Source: Eukaryota sp. TZLM1-RC
Taxonomy: Eukaryota; Protista; Metamonada: BaSk clade
NCBI GenBank assembly: GCA_040285825.1
Contig: JAUPSS010000010.1
Location: forward strand, 618,881 to 682,880
DNA length: 64,000 nucleotides
Direction: 5' to 3'
The notes beneath the pieces are model-generated. The model searched no databases, was not told where the DNA came from, and saw nothing but the letters and a program-made list of their open reading frames with translations. Each line of letters begins with the position of its first letter. Within the stretch, counting starts at the first letter, position 1. The translations under genes were made by a program, and so were the position numbers. Positions 16,283 to 30,840 of this stretch are shown here, in pieces.

Positions 16283-18596
16283 TTGATAACAAATGTTCTA
16301 GGACTTTGTTTGCTTTAAGTCACGAAGTTAAAGCTCCCAACAATCAACACTATATTGATGAACTGAAAATACTTCATTCATATGAAAACCCAATGATGAA
16401 TCAAAATTTATATGGAAATTAATGGGAAAGCTATCCATTGATGGCATCAGAAGTATTTTCGGTGATCAACAAGCTACCACGCGGCGGTAAGCATTTTGGG
16501 CTTTCTGGTCTTTCGATTGATCATATCAAAGCCACAGCTATTGCATCAGAGGATTGTCTTGTTTTATTGACCACATTTGTGAATAGAATTTTAACTTGTC
16601 AACTTGAGTATTCTGAAGAATTAAGAAGTTCACGTTTGACTGCACTTGTCAAAAATTCAAAAATGGACGTTCGTCTTATTGCGGTGTGTGAATGCATATA
16701 CAATATTTTTTCTGCTTGCTTCGCCAACAGATTCAATGAAAAAGCAAAAACAATTGTATAGTTCTTTTGGTATGGAATTAATACCACTGATGGAATTTTT
16801 TCAGCAATATTTGCTACAGATGTATTTCCTCCTTTGTTTTGTTTGGTTACTCATCCTATTTCATCACAAATCCAATAGATGTTTCCTTCACTCAAAATGA
16901 TTGCATATATGGATGATGTTCTTCTTATAGATGATTTAAATATTGTGAAAAAAGCAACTGTATGTTTTAAAATTGCCGATTCATATGAAAATATTGGGCT
17001 TCATCTTAATGCGAGCAAATGCCTTCTGATAGGCTCTTCTGCCCAAGATCTCGTGATAAACGATTCTATTGTCTCTTTTACTAATTATAGTAGTGAATGC
17101 TTTTAAGTTCCTTGGTTGTTGGTTAGGAAACGTGCCTCATATTCAGAATGAATTGCAAGTTATTTTGGAAAAATGAAAATTGAACTTGATTCAATTTCTT
17201 TTTAGATATAGAAAAACATATTAAATTTTTCATGCTGAAAATTTGCTACACTGGGAGAATAACCCAGATTTTGAGATCTTGTGCTCCTTCCATAGCATTC
17301 GATTTTTATCGTCCTTTTAATTCATTGAGAACAGAATTTTTTGCTGATTTATTGGATGTAGAACCAGAAATGTTGAAAAGTCGCTTAGTTTTTTCAGCAA
17401 ATTTGGGTGGTATTGGATTTACTAAATCTTCAATTTTGTGTCAATCAGCATTCTTGGGTGGTGGCAAAAATTTTATTTATGAATTTTCTCGTAGATTTCC
17501 TGATGATTCTCATCTGTTAGTTCCCAATTGCAGTCCCTATTTGTATGAGTTATCTTGTGAACTTGAAAAATTGCCGCCACAAATTTGGACCAAATGTTTT
17601 CCTCAATCAATTCAAGAAATTCCAAACCGATCTCTTTTTAATTTACAGTTTTGCTGTAAAAAGCTTCAACAAAAATTGTCAAAGAATTTTGAAAGCTTGG
17701 ATTTTGATGTTAGACTTGGCTTGGCCAAAAAAAAAAGAATCCCGCTTTTGCAAATCTTTTACAAGATATGTGTGACAGTACTTCTTCTGCCTTAGTAACA
17801 ACAATTCCCCAAGTTTATGGTACTCTCTTAACCGATTCTGCTTGGACTCTAAATATGAGATTTCGTTCCTTTATCTGACCTGATAATTTACCTCATAATT
17901 GAATTTGTAAATGTTCTCGAGAAATTACAACTACTCATTTGTTAAATTGTAAACATTTTATTACTTTTAGAAGCAAAGTTCATGATGCTGTAAGAGACCA
18001 GTTATATTGTATGTGTAAATCTCATAGAATTGAATCCTTCTTGGAACCTCTGTTGTCAAATCTGTTTGATGCTGAAGATGATTTCCATAAGAATAATAGA
18101 GGTGATGTTATATTACCTGGATTAGATGGAAGTTTCATTTTATTGGATGTAATGTCTGTTGAACCTTGTAATGCCTCAAATGAAAGGCTTGTTAATTCTG
18201 AAATTCATAATCCTCTTTCAAATGCTGAAAATTTCAAACTCAAAAAATACAATGAACCTTTGTCCAAATTGGCCAGTCTACAGCATGCAAAATACAATTT
18301 GTATCTATTTGTATTTTCCCTTTTTGGTTCACTTGCACCAACTGCTTTACGTTTTTGGATGATTTTGGAAATGATTGTAAAGAGAAGAACTGGCAGAAAT
18401 TTCAACAGATTGTTTTGGCAAAATAGAATTGTGTTTTCTATTTTTAAGGGGATGTTGAAGACGGTCTCTGATGCTTTGCTTTCTCTTGGATCTCACTATG
18501 AGAGAGTTGCATCTAGTGTTTTTGTTCTGGGAGAGATGGATTTTTTTAGATGTTGATTTATAGGTTTTGAATAAAATTAAAATTTTGGTAAAAAAA
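16283..18596 (+). mobile_element. Degenerate/chimeric RT fragment joined to a family C 3' half; repeated at 19769-22084
   Basis: SRLTALVK..VRLIAVCE and YMDD, an internal deletion in RT, then the family C C-terminus. Confidence 0.85.
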
Positions 18597-21500
18597 TCAG
18601 AGAGATAGGGACCAATTTTTGGAGTGAAATAATTTAAGTAATTTTGCTAAAAAATTGGTTCTTTGTTCATTAAAAATTCGACAAAACTCCAAAGAAGTGG
18701 ATGGTGATGTTGATCTCAAAATATGAGTAAATTTTCCAGCATAACAAATTTTTAGGAAACAGAATTTCCAATGTTTCTCAATATTCAAATTTTCTATTGA
18801 TTCTAATTCATTTGCTAATTGAGTCAACAGCGTCGAAAGTTGGCTTTTGACTTCTTCAATATTTCCGAGAATATTTTCGTCTTTAAACCGCTCTTGAAGC
18901 TTCTTAGACGGCCGCTTAGAAATGGAAGTAGAAAGTTTGTGATCTGTTTACTGAAGGTTTGGTTAGTTGTTCTTGAGATAGAATTCTCACTCTTCTTATT
19001 GGATGTTGTTGCTGGTTCTAACTATCGTATGTGTGATCAAAAGCTTGCTGTCGCCTTTAAAACGCTCTTGGAGCATCTCAGACGGCCGCTTAGTAATGTC
19101 AATCATGTACTTTTTGGTTTTGTGCTGGTTGTTCAGTGTCTTTTTGGAGTATTGACTACTAGTGGTGGAGTAGTTGGATGAGGAATTTCTGAATTGTCGT
19201 AGTATTTAGGTAATTTAATAAAAAAAATACGAAAAAAAATATTTCCGAGATAACAACCCAAAAAACGAAAACCAGACTGATCATAATTGATAAAGGGGAC
19301 ATTGACATTATTAATGAAAAAAACAATTGGTTCATGGCCAATAATCAAACATTTGGAGATATTCAATGGGAGACCAATATCTTCATAACGCTGTTGAATA
19401 AAAGTTGCTATTTGTTTCTGTACTGTTCAATGGTTTGGCGGTGAGACGACTGAAGAGCCTCTCCATTCAGTAAAACATTCAGAAGCTTACAAGTTATTTA
19501 TAAAAGACAAGAGTTTTGGAAAAATTGGTAAACGTACTTGCAATGAAAGAAGTCCTTTCAACGAGTCTAGCGTCCATAAACGGCCTAGGCGTAGTAACAG
19601 AAATAAGAATTAGTTTAGTTTATTGATTATTAGTGTTAGTTGAATATTCGTTATAAAGCCGATTGATTTTGAAAAAGGGAAGAAACAGTGTTGGCGCCCT
19701 TAGGCTTTTATAATATGAATAAATATAAATCAGCTTTGTCTAACCCCACTTTTCAACCTACGGCATCATTGATAACAAATGTTCTAGGACTTTGTTTGCT
19801 TTAAGTCACGAAGTTAAAGCTCCCAACAATCAACACTATATTGATGAACTGAAAATACTTCATTCATATGAAAACCCAATGATGAATCAAAATTTATATG
19901 GAAATTAATGGGAAAGCTATCCATTGATGGCATCAGAAGTATTTTCGGTGATCAACAAGCTACCACGCGGCGGTAAGCATTTTGGGCTTTCTGGTCTTTC
20001 GATTGATCATATCAAAGCCACAGCTATTGCATCAGAGGATTGTCTTGTTTTATTGACCACATTTGTGAATAGAATTTTAACTTGTCAACTTGAGTATTCT
20101 GAAGAATTAAGAAGTTCACGTTTGACTGCACTTGTCAAAAATTCAAAAATGGACGTTCGTCTTATTGCGGTGTGTGAATGCATATACAATATTTTTTCTG
20201 CTTGCTTCGCCAACAGATTCAATGAAAAAGCAAAAACAATTGTATAGTTCTTTTGGTATGGAATTAATACCACTGATGGAATTTTTTCAGCAATATTTGC
20301 TACAGATGTATTTCCTCCTTTGTTTTGTTTGGTTACTCATCCTATTTCATCACAAATCCAATAGATGTTTCCTTCACTCAAAATGATTGCATATATGGAT
20401 GATGTTCTTCTTATAGATGATTTAAATATTGTGAAAAAAGCAACTGTATGTTTTAAAATTGCCGATTCATATGAAAATATTGGGCTTCATCTTAATGCGA
20501 GCAAATGCCTTCTGATAGGCTCTTCTGCCCAAGATCTCGTGATAAACGATTCTATTGTCTCTTTTACTAATTATAGTAGTGAATGCTTTTAAGTTCCTTG
20601 GTTGTTGGTTAGGAAACGTGCCTCATATTCAGAATGAATTGCAAGTTATTTTGGAAAAAATGAAAATTGAACTTGATTCAATTTCTTTTTTAGATATAGA
20701 AAAACATATTAAATTTTTCATGCTGAAAATTTGCTACACTGGGAGAATAACCCAGATTTTGAGATCTTGTGCTCCTTCCATAGCATTCGATTTTTATCGT
20801 CCTTTTAATTCATTGAGAACAGAATTTTTTGCTGATTTATTGGATGTAGAACCAGAAATGTTGAAAAGTCGCTTAGTTTTTTCAGCAAATTTGGGTGGTA
20901 TTGGATTTACTAAATCTTCAATTTTGTGTCAATCAGCATTCTTGGGTGGTGGCAAAAATTTTATTTATGAATTTTCTCGTAGATTTCCTGATGATTCTCA
21001 TCTGTTAGTTCCCAATTGCAGTCCCTATTTGTATGAGTTATCTTGTGAACTTGAAAAATTGCCGCCACAAATTTGGACCAAATGTTTTCCTCAATCAATT
21101 CAAGAAATTCCAAACCGATCTCTTTTTAATTTACAGTTTTGCTGTAAAAAGCTTCAACAAAAATTGTCAAAGAATTTTGAAAGCTTGGATTTTGATGTTA
21201 GACTTGGCTTGGCCAAAAAAAAAAGAATCCCGCTTTTGCAAATCTTTTACAAGATATGTGTGACAGTACTTCTTCTGCCTTAGTAACAACAATTCCCCAA
21301 GTTTATGGTACTCTCTTAACCGATTCTGCTTGGACTCTAAATATGAGATTTCGTTCCTTTATCTGGCCTGATAATTTACCTCATAATTTAATTTGTAAAT
21401 GTTCTCGAGAAATTACAACTACTCATTTGTTAAATTGTAAACATTTTATTACTTTTAGAAGCAAAGTTCATGATGCTGTAAGAGACCAGTTATATTGTAT

Positions 21501-23017
21501 GTGTAAATCTCATAGAATTGAATCCTTCTTGGAACCTCTGTTGTCAAATCTGTTTGATGCTGAAGATGATTTCCATAAGAATAATAGAGGTGATGTTATA
21601 TTACCTGGATTAGATGGAAGTTTCATTTTATTGGATGTAATGTCTGTTGAACCTTGTAATGCCTCAAATGAAAGGCTTGTTAATTCTGAAATTCATAATC
21701 CTCTTTCAAATGCTGAAAATTTCAAACTCAAAAAATACAATGAACCTTTGTCCAAATTGGCCAGTCTACAGCATGCAAAATACAATTTGTATCTATTTGT
21801 ATTTTCCCTTTTTGGTTCACTTGCACCAACTGCTTTACGTTTTTTGGATGATTTTGAAATGATTGTAAAGAGAAGAACTGGCAGAAATTTCAACAGATTG
21901 TTTTGGCAAAATAGAATCATGTTTTCTATTTTTAAGGGGATGTTGAAGACGGTCTCTGATGCTTTGCTTTCTCTTGAATCTCACTATGAGAGAGTTGCAT
22001 CTAGTGTTTTTGTTCTGGGAGAGATGGATTTTTTAGATGTTGATTTATAGGTTTTGAATAAAATTAAAATTTTGGTAAAAAAAATCAGAGAGATAGGGAC
22101 CAATTTTTGGAGTGAAATAATTTAAGTAATTTTGCTAAAAAATTGGTTCTTTGTTCATTAAAAATTCGACAAAACTCCAAAGAAGTGGATGGTGATGTTG
22201 ATCTCAAAATATGAGTAAATTTTCCAGCATAACAAATTTTCAGGAAACAGAATTTCCAATGTTTCTCAATATTCAAATTTTCTATTGATTCTAATTCATT
22301 TGCTAATTGAGTCAACAGCGTCGAAAGTTGGCTTTTGACTTCTTCAATATTTCCGAGAATATTTTCGCCTTTAAACCGCTCTTGAAGCTTCTTAGACGGC
22401 CGCTTAGAAATGGAAGTAGAAAGTTTGTGATCTGTTTACTGAAGGTTTGGTTAGTTGTTCTTGAGATAGAATTCTCACTCTTCTTATTGGATGTTGTTGC
22501 TGGTTCTAACTATCGTATGGGTGATCAAAAGCTTGCTGTCGCCTTTAAAACGCTCTTGGAGCATCTCAGACGGCCGCTTAGTAATGTCAATCATGTACTT
22601 TTTGGTTTTGTGCTGGTTGTTCAGTGTCTTTTTGGAGTATTGACTACTAGTGGTGGAGTAGTTGGATGAGGAATTTCTGAATTGTCGTAGTATTTAGCTA
22701 ATTTAATAAAAAAAATACGAAAAAAAAAATATTTCCGAGATAACAACCCAAAAAACGAAAACCAGACTGATCATAATTGATAAAGGGGACATTGACATTA
22801 TTAATGAAAAAAACAATTGGTTCATGGCCAATAATCAAACATTTGGAGATATTCAATGGGAGACCAATATCTTCATAACGCTGTTGAATAAAAGTTGCTA
22901 TTTGTTTCTGTACTGTTCAATGGTTTGGCGGTGAGACGACTGAAGAGCCTCTCCATTCAGTAAAACATTCAGAAGCTTACAAGTTATTTATAAAAGACAA
23001 GAGTTTTGGACTTCATC

Positions 23018-24060
23018 TTGAATATTGAGAAACATTGGAAATTCTGTTTCCTAAAAATTTGTTATGCTGGAAAATTTACTCATATTTTGAGATCAACATC
23101 ACCATCCACTTCTTTGGAGTTTTGTCGAATTTTTGATGAACAAAGAACCAATTTTTTAGCAAAATTACTTAAATCATTTCACTCCAAAAATTGGTCCCTA
23201 TCTCTCTGATTTTTTTTACCAAAATTTTAATTTTATTCAAAACCTATAAATCAACATCTAAAAAATCCATCTCTCCCAGAACAAAAACACTAGATGCCAC
23301 TCTCTCATAGTGAGATCCAAGAGAAAGCAAAGCATCAGAGACCATCTTCAACATCCCCTTAAAAATAGAAAACACGATTCTATTTTGCCAAAACAATCTG
23401 TTGAAATTTCTGCCAGTTCTTCTCTTTACAACCATTTCAAAATCATCCAAAAAACGTAAAGCAGTTGGTGCAAGTGAACCAAAAAGGGAAAATACAAATG
23501 GATACAATTTGTATTTTGCATGCTGTAGACTGGCCAATTTGGACAAAGGTTCGTTGTATTTTTTGAATTTAAAATTTTCAGCATTTGAAAGGGGATTATG
23601 AATTTCAGAATTAACTAGCCTTTCATTTGAGGCATTACAAGGATCAACAGACATTACATCCAATAAAATGAAACTTCCATCTAATCCAGGTAATATAACA
23701 TCACCTCTATTATTCTTATGGAAATCATCTTCAGCATCAAACAGATTTGACAACAGAGGTTCCAAGAAGGATTCAATTCTATGAGATTTACACATACAAT
23801 ATAACTGGTCTCTTACAGCATCATGAACTTTGCTTCTAAAAGTAATAAAATGTTTACAATTTAACAAATGAGTAGTTTTAATTTCTCGAGAACATTTACA
23901 AATTAAATTATGAGGTAAATTATCAGGCCAGATAAAGGAACGAAATCTCATATTTAGAGTTCAAGCAGAATCGGTTAAGAGAGTACCATAAACTTGGGGA
24001 ATTGTTGTTACTAAGGCAGAAGAAGTACTGTCACACATATCTTGTAAAAGATTTGCAAAA
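23018..24060 (-). repeat. Inverted, slightly diverged copy of ~21234-22275 (family C 3' end plus family B fragment)
   Basis: ORFs 23244-23951(-) and 23006-23209(+) mirror 21256-22050(+) and 22085-22315(-). Confidence 0.9.
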
Positions 24061-24899
24061 GATTTGCTCTCTGATGAAAAAATAAATCCAAAAACACTAG
24101 AAATGATCTTGAACCAACTTACAATTCCAGACTTAGAGTAAGGTTCATGAGGACCACACAAGAGGGAGTCTTTAGACGCTTCAGGGAGACGAAAATAACC
24201 TCTTCATCAATGTTCACAACCCCTGCCCATAAACCTAGGTTTAGCCCTGGGCATAATGCTTCTCTCGATTTCCTTATCGATAAAGACTACAGAACAGGGT
24301 AGTGGTTTGCCGAAACCACATATGGAGAAAGATTCCTTCTATACGATAGACATCCCAACCATATTGCATCTTATTGTGGTCTTGACTCACAGAAGATTCG
24401 GAAAGCTTCAAACGGCTCTCCAGCACGTCACTGTTTTCCCTGAATGCATCGAATCCAGGATGTTAAAATGGGATGGTTGAAGGTCGTATTGAAAAGACAC
24501 GCCTGGATCAACCAGCAATCTCTTCATATTAGGTACCAGCCCAGATTAAGGAAAACCAAATATCCCCTAAACCTGAACAAAGAGAAGTTCCACGTTCCTT
24601 TGTTCACCCTATTGAATCCTCCGCAGAACCCACCATGCAACCCTCATCAGAACCTCCCATGGAACAAACCGAAAAGGATATTGTAGTGGAAGTCAGTGAT
24701 GAGTTCCCTACTCCTGACTCAATTCCAACTGTGTTCGTCCCAATGGAACAAGCTCCAGCACCTACAGAGCCCATGGGTCGATCGGTGGTTTTACCCACAC
24801 CTCCAACTACTAGTTGCACAAGTTCTCAACCCCCGGTTCAACCACATCTTCCACAGTAAGCTCATCTCGTTCAACATTTTCTGGTACTCATGATAGTAA

Positions 24900-27800
24900 C
24901 CTCCTCTTATCTTCCATGGTAGGATCAAGAGATAGAGATAGCAAACGTAGGGACCGCCCTAAACGTCCTACTTTTGACGCGGCTGACCTATGAGATGTTG
25001 ATAAACTTCTCAAGTTTGTTAACAAATTTATTCTTTGGAGTCGCACAGACAGAATTGTTAATGAGCTGCGAGGCAACATTGAAGACCCAGCTCAAAATGC
25101 ATTAGCTAGCGAAGTAGCTAGACTTCGTGAACTAGATCTAGCAAAATCAACAGAATTGGCATCTGATCAACGGATTGACGGTGAACCGGTCCATGAATGG
25201 GATCTCTTTAGATCCGCTATGCGCATAAGTCCCAAAGGCTTAGCTGAATGCGTCACACCTGAAACTCTCAACGCTTTAAGGTACCAAGGTACTGGCCTTA
25301 CAATTACCTTGCCATGGTCCTAACCAGCAGAGATAAACGCAACGTTTGGGAACAAATCCTCAGAACCCAATTCAGTAGGCTGGATTAAGCTCTGGATACT
25401 CTTCACGCTGTCAATATGGACTGAACAGAAAGAGACTACGGAAACAGATGGATAGATTTCATGCTTAACATAGGCAGAGCCTTAACGCGTTCGGCCACTG
25501 CCATCCAAGATGTTCGTTGTTTGACTCAGCAAATGATGACATATCACCATCCAATCCGGATCTCCTGTCGACCGACTTCCTGGATGGTAAATTGTTTCTC
25601 ATGTCATTGAAAGCATCGGTATCACTGTCATTAGGGACAGACTCCTCAGGATCTGGTTTAACCTCTCCCACTTCTACTCAGATGGCCATACTCTAGGAAA
25701 ATTTTTCAGTGTTCTACAGATGGAATACGAGAACTTTTGCAATGCTAGATCATTCAAGGAGCAAATCAATTATGTTGATTGCCTGTATCAAAATAGAATC
25801 TCGTATCCCACTGAGAACCTTCGCAGACAGACTGTACCTTCTCCCCCTGCTATTCGTAAACCAAGAAATTCTATCTCTAGCACGCGCCCAAAACAACAAC
25901 GGCGAGAAGGAAGTTCTACCCAACCGTCTTTTACTCAGTCCGAGACTAATGTTCAGTATAACTTCTGCTAATTGTTTGGTCATCCAACTGAAAGGTGTCC
26001 CTGGGCGGATTGCCAACGCAGCAAGAAGTGGAGAGAGCAACAGGTTCGCCACAAGAGAGGATCTAGGGGTTCTGGTTCCCGTAGCCGAAGAAAATCTCGA
26101 GGCAGAGGTCGAGGCTCTTCCTTCAATAAACGTCCACGTCAATAATAACAATCATTAGAAACAATATTCCCTACATCTACAGCGCTACAACATTCTTGAT
26201 TCACAATGTCGAAGTTAAAGGCATAATTGACTCTGGTGCAACATGCTCAGTAGTCACAGAAGACGTCATCAGCAAATGTAACATGGCACGTTCCAACGAA
26301 AACATATCCTACAAAATTGCTGATGGAACCATTTCACAGTCCCTTGGTTCTGCTTTTGGAGCCCTTAGCATAAGACTAGGAAGTGTTACCCAGATTGTAC
26401 ATGTGAAACACAAGTTCAGCATCATTCCTGGACATGAGACCATTCTCATTGGTGCCGACTTGTTGAGTCACCTTGGGCTGATAAACAGTAGGAGCTTATA
26501 CATTAGAATGGACGACGCCTGTCGCACAATACTACTACCTGAAGCCGAATTCGACCATCGAATATCACAAGCTTCAGAAGTTGTCAACGTTCCCACACGT
26601 TGGTTAAAACACATTTTTAAAACTCATTTAAAACTCATTTGGTTGTACCTTTAACATCGACAACAACCCTTACAAGAAATCCCTACTTCAAACTTTGAAA
26701 GAGTTCGAAGACGTATTCACCCTCAAACCTCATGCTGAAGGTATCGATTGTCCTCCCATGGAAATCAACTTTTACAATGAAGACGTCAAAGTTAGAAGAC
26801 CCCCCCCCAGGACCCTGAAGCCAGCCAGGCTAGAGATCGCTAACCAAATTTTCGATGAAATCGTAGACTCATGATTTGCTTTCCCATCGAACCATGAGTT
26901 CAGCTCTTCTGTTTGCCTAGTGGTCTACCCAGATCAACGCAAGCCCCGTTGTACAGGTGATTACAGCGACAAAAACGGAACTAACGCCAACATTATTCCT
27001 GTTGAACCCAACCTTCCAAGGATCTCCGATGTGCTGGTATTTCTCTCCCAAGCAAATTACATAAGCCTCCTTGACCTTCCCAAAGTTTTTTGGCAACTCA
27101 AGACTGCTGAAAAGGACTGGCCGAAAACAGCCCGCAGCATTCCTGGTAACAGCATCATGTTCAAACGAGCTGCTTTTGGCCTCAGGAATGTATCAGACGT
27201 TTTCCAAAACGTCATGGCTGACATCTTCTCTGGAGACGAAATACTCATCTACATAGATGACATAATAGTCATAGGTACAACCTTTGACGAATTCATTGAA
27301 CGCCTCCGACCATCCTTGATCAAGCCAGATGTAAAAGTGTTTCCTTGGGACTTCCAAAGTACCATTTCGTGTTTTCCAGACACCCAATCAAGATACTGGG
27401 CAGTGTTTTCCTAAACAAACAACGGACTATCGATCCCACTCGCGTTGAATCTTTGCTGAATCTACCTAGACCAAAGACAATCAAAGACGTCCGCAGCCTC
27501 GTAGGATCAGTCAACTTCATTAGAGAATGGCTTCCTCAGGTATCTGTCATCATTGCTCCCATCATCAGATTGACTGAGAAGGTTGGGAACAACGCCAACG
27601 TTAAACCCAAACACCGCGCGCAACGCCTACAATGGACTGACATGCACGACGGACTCATCCAAAAGATCAAACAACTGATAGCGAAGCACATGCCGATCCA
27701 CTTACCTCCAACCGAGAATCAAGTTCTGATTAGTTGCGACGCATCCGAAATTGCTGTTGGCGGAATTATCTGGGAACAATTCGAACCTGTCCAAGACCGC

Positions 27801-27985
27801 GATACACATCTGATAAATCGAAGGTGCAAAAACAATCAGTTTTTCTGTCGTCTGTTGTCATTCGCAGAACGAATGGCCAATCCATCAGAAGGAACTCTAT
27901 GCCGTCTTACTCATGCTGACTCAAAGTGGTTTTGAAAACTACTTAAAAGGAAGGAAACTGGTCATTTTCACAGACCATCAATACC
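24900..27985 (+). mobile_element. Degenerate Ty3/Gypsy gag-pol (protease, RT, RNase H), truncated before integrase
   Basis: Decayed knuckle NFC*LFGHPTERC; protease GIIDSGATCS; RT LLDLPKVFWQ, AFGLRN, YIDDIIV; RNase H SCDASEIAVGG and FTDH. PR-RT-RH order. 5' boundary uncertain (may extend to ~24060). Confidence 0.88.
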
Positions 27986-28037
27986 TTACCTATAAAATAA
28001 AAAATACTAAAAAATACTCACTAGTGAGATAACTGCA
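27985..28037 (-). mobile_element. Fragment of the 46726/50277 LTR family (5' end)
   Basis: Reverse complement reads TGCAGTTATCTCACTAGTGAGTA versus the LTR start TGTAGGTATCTCACTAGTGAGTA. Confidence 0.6.
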
Positions 28038-29134
28038 CTACCTTCTTCCGTTTTCTTAATTGCAACTAAGTCCTATTATATACTTTATAAACAATTTGCT
28101 CAAAGCTGGTGGATTGGTGTATTTGAATAAATTTCCGGTTTGACTATTTGTTCTGTTTTTCCTCAATATCAGTTTCATGTCAAACGATTTATCATAATAC
28201 ATAACTCAACCTCAACTGAATTCACTTGAATTACAACTTTTGAAAAGAAAATTCCAGAACATGCAAATTTTTAATGATTGAGATGATCGATGATTCATTC
28301 TGAACACTGTTAAATTCGTCTTCATTGCAACAGTACACACCACTTCAGCATCATGCATTTGGGTTACCGTTTGATCTGGGTGATAATCTAGCACTGATAG
28401 ACGAAAGATCAAAGCTCTATTCTTGATCGATTCAGTGTCAAACATGAGAGCTTAAAGACACAAGAAAACTTGGTGCCATCTCATTAACCCAGACAAAGTG
28501 TGACCGCTTAAGTTCACCTGTTGCCTGGATTTCGTATGGGACAACTTGCAAAGGTACAACATCGTAAATTATTAACTAAATTGTAATTGCTGTTAAATCA
28601 ATACATTAAGAACAAATTGAAAACAAATTTTCAATTGAACCAGCAGGTCTATACCATTCAACCAGTTCTTCTTAAATAACAATTTTTCTGTGTAAATAAT
28701 TCTTAATGAACAATCCAGAACAAGATTCACCATTGTGCCGCAAATTTCTTTTAATACTCTTACTTATCGACTTAATTTTTTTTGTTTTTAAGTATTAGGT
28801 AATTTGCATTAACAATGTGCAAATGATATTTTCAGTTACTCTTGATTGTAATTTTCATAAATGATTAGCAGGGGTGATTTGGTTTTGCGCTTGTTGTTGT
28901 TGTTCTTGGAACTAGCACTAAAACTTCCATTTAAATCCATCTAAAGTTGAATAACATTGTATCGAATGCATCCTCAAATAAATAACAGCTTCAAAGGCTA
29001 ACTAACATGTGAGACTACTCCATTGAAGTATTATTTTCCTCTTCAAACAATAGATTCAGCACTCAGCAGTTTCCAACCACTAGGTTTTATGATAGTAAAA
29101 GGTAAAACGAAAACCAGATGAAATATTTATTTAT

Positions 29135-30840
29135 TTATTTTCTCATTAAATTGTCTAATTGATCAATTGCCACAAAACGAAGTCTGTCAAGTGATACCCT
29201 CTCGTCAATCAAAGTGTCAATATCTTTTGTCAAAAATTCCGAAATCTTGTCAACAGTAGCTTCTAATTTACCTTGCCTAAACTCAAATAAATGTCGCTCG
29301 TCTTCATTTTCCAAAGCATAAACATATACATAAGACCATTTTAAATGCAATCTTCCAGCTAATAGCACATCAATTGCATCATAAATAAAAGAGCAATCCT
29401 GCAAAAGAGCGTCTTCTTTTCTAAAAAAATCATTAATTTTCTTCTTCAATTCAATTTTAAGTTTACTCTCATGTTCAAAACCCTGTGAGTGGATGATAAA
29501 GCGATCATGGCAATGGTGAAACCTTTTGAGCTGCATAGCTTCCTTATTCATTTTTCTTTTATCGTTTTCCGAGTCTTCCTTGAACTTACTGCACTTATAA
29601 TGATCACCATGAGTCTTCCAATCCCCTGAACAAGCCCAACAAAACTCGTAACGACATTGCGTACATGCTAGAATGAGTAAAGAAAAGAAAAACACATACA
29701 CATATGGAGACAACCACCATTCTTCTCAATTAGCTTGCTACACTGAGGGCAAGGTTTAGTGTTGAGCTTCAACCAACTGCTAGTATGTTTATCCAAAGCT
29801 CCCCTATCTTCCCACTGTTTAACATCACTGCACTCAGCCGGTCTATGATCTTCTGCAAAACAACACCTTGGACAAAACCGCAGCTCACAAGAAGGACAAG
29901 AGAGATAAGAAGGTGTGGGATCTCCCTTGAGTATGACGTGACCACATCCCTTTCCTGGGCAGAAAGTGTATTTAGAAGACCTAAAAACAAAATCATTTAC
30001 GAGATAATAAATGTATTTTGATTGTAATTCACCAGATAGAAATGATAAAACAAAATCTGGGTCGGCTATAAGTCCGCATTGGCCCATTAAAATACAAGGA
30101 ATTTCTATAGAATTAGATGAATTAACCTGACTTTCAAGATAAGCAGCCCAACACTCCTCATCAGCACCATGTCCACAGTCTAGCATATAATAAGTTTCAC
30201 TAGTGGTGACGTGTGATGAGGTGGTAGTCAAGGGAAGTCCGCAGGCAAAACATTCCTTGTTTGTAGGGGCTGTGGGGGGATTGTGGATAATGTTGGGGTC
30301 AATAGAGATATGATCCAAAACTATACGAGTACCAAGTTCAGCAAACCTTTCGAGCAAGTTCTCCACGTCATACGCGTAACGTAAGAGCAAGAGAAAGGAG
30401 AGAGAACGAGAGAAACCAGTGACCTCACAGGTGGTGGTGATGAGCTGGGAGATGTGGTCAAGGAGTTGGTCGTGAGAGAAAGATTGTTGGGAGAGTTTTG
30501 ATGGTTGGGGTTGGAATTGAGAGGGTTGGGTCATAGGTTCATCATCGGTTCTGGACATTTCCTCAAATTCATCGAACGACATGGGTTCAAATGAGGAAAA
30601 AAGGGGTTCCGAGTCAAACATTGTTTGATTAGGTTCAGGGTCTGAAATTTGGTATTCAATGTGTGGTTGTTTTACAGAAGGAAAAGACACTGGGAGTTCT
30701 GGAGGTTTTTGGCACTGAATAGAATCAATGGCTTTCTCTAGTGAAGGATTAGACATGTTTGACAGAACTTCAACAGAAAGATCTCTGTCATACCCCATAC
30801 TTTGCATTTGACTTGCCAGAAAGTCAATAATGGGATCCAT
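29135..30840 (-). CDS. Ariadne-family RBR E3 ubiquitin ligase, two exons (32-nt intron at 29668-29699)
   Basis: UBA-like N-terminus, RING1 (CFAC..CGH..C), IBR (CPGKGC..FCPRC..H.P..C), RING2 TKPCPQC..IEKNGGCLHM|SCTQCRYEFCWAC, then Ariadne domain. Removing GTATGT...TTCTAG joins the two ORFs in frame. Confidence 0.92.

Larger units (their letters stand above)
13484..23009 (+). repeat. Tandem segmental duplication, ~3,486 bp unit, ~2.7 copies
   Basis: The same ORFs recur at a fixed offset (15111/18597/22085; 16438/19924). Confidence 0.95.

Noticed and set aside
24224-24253. Hairpin TGCCCA-TAAACCTAGGTTTA-gccc-TGGGCA
   Set aside because: Single occurrence in decayed Gypsy-adjacent DNA with no supporting context.
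28040-29100. Short ORFs here and at 45600-46300, 60000-61100 and 62550-63600
   Set aside because: Stop-ridden or motif-free; possibly decayed genes or transposons, but not assignable by eye.
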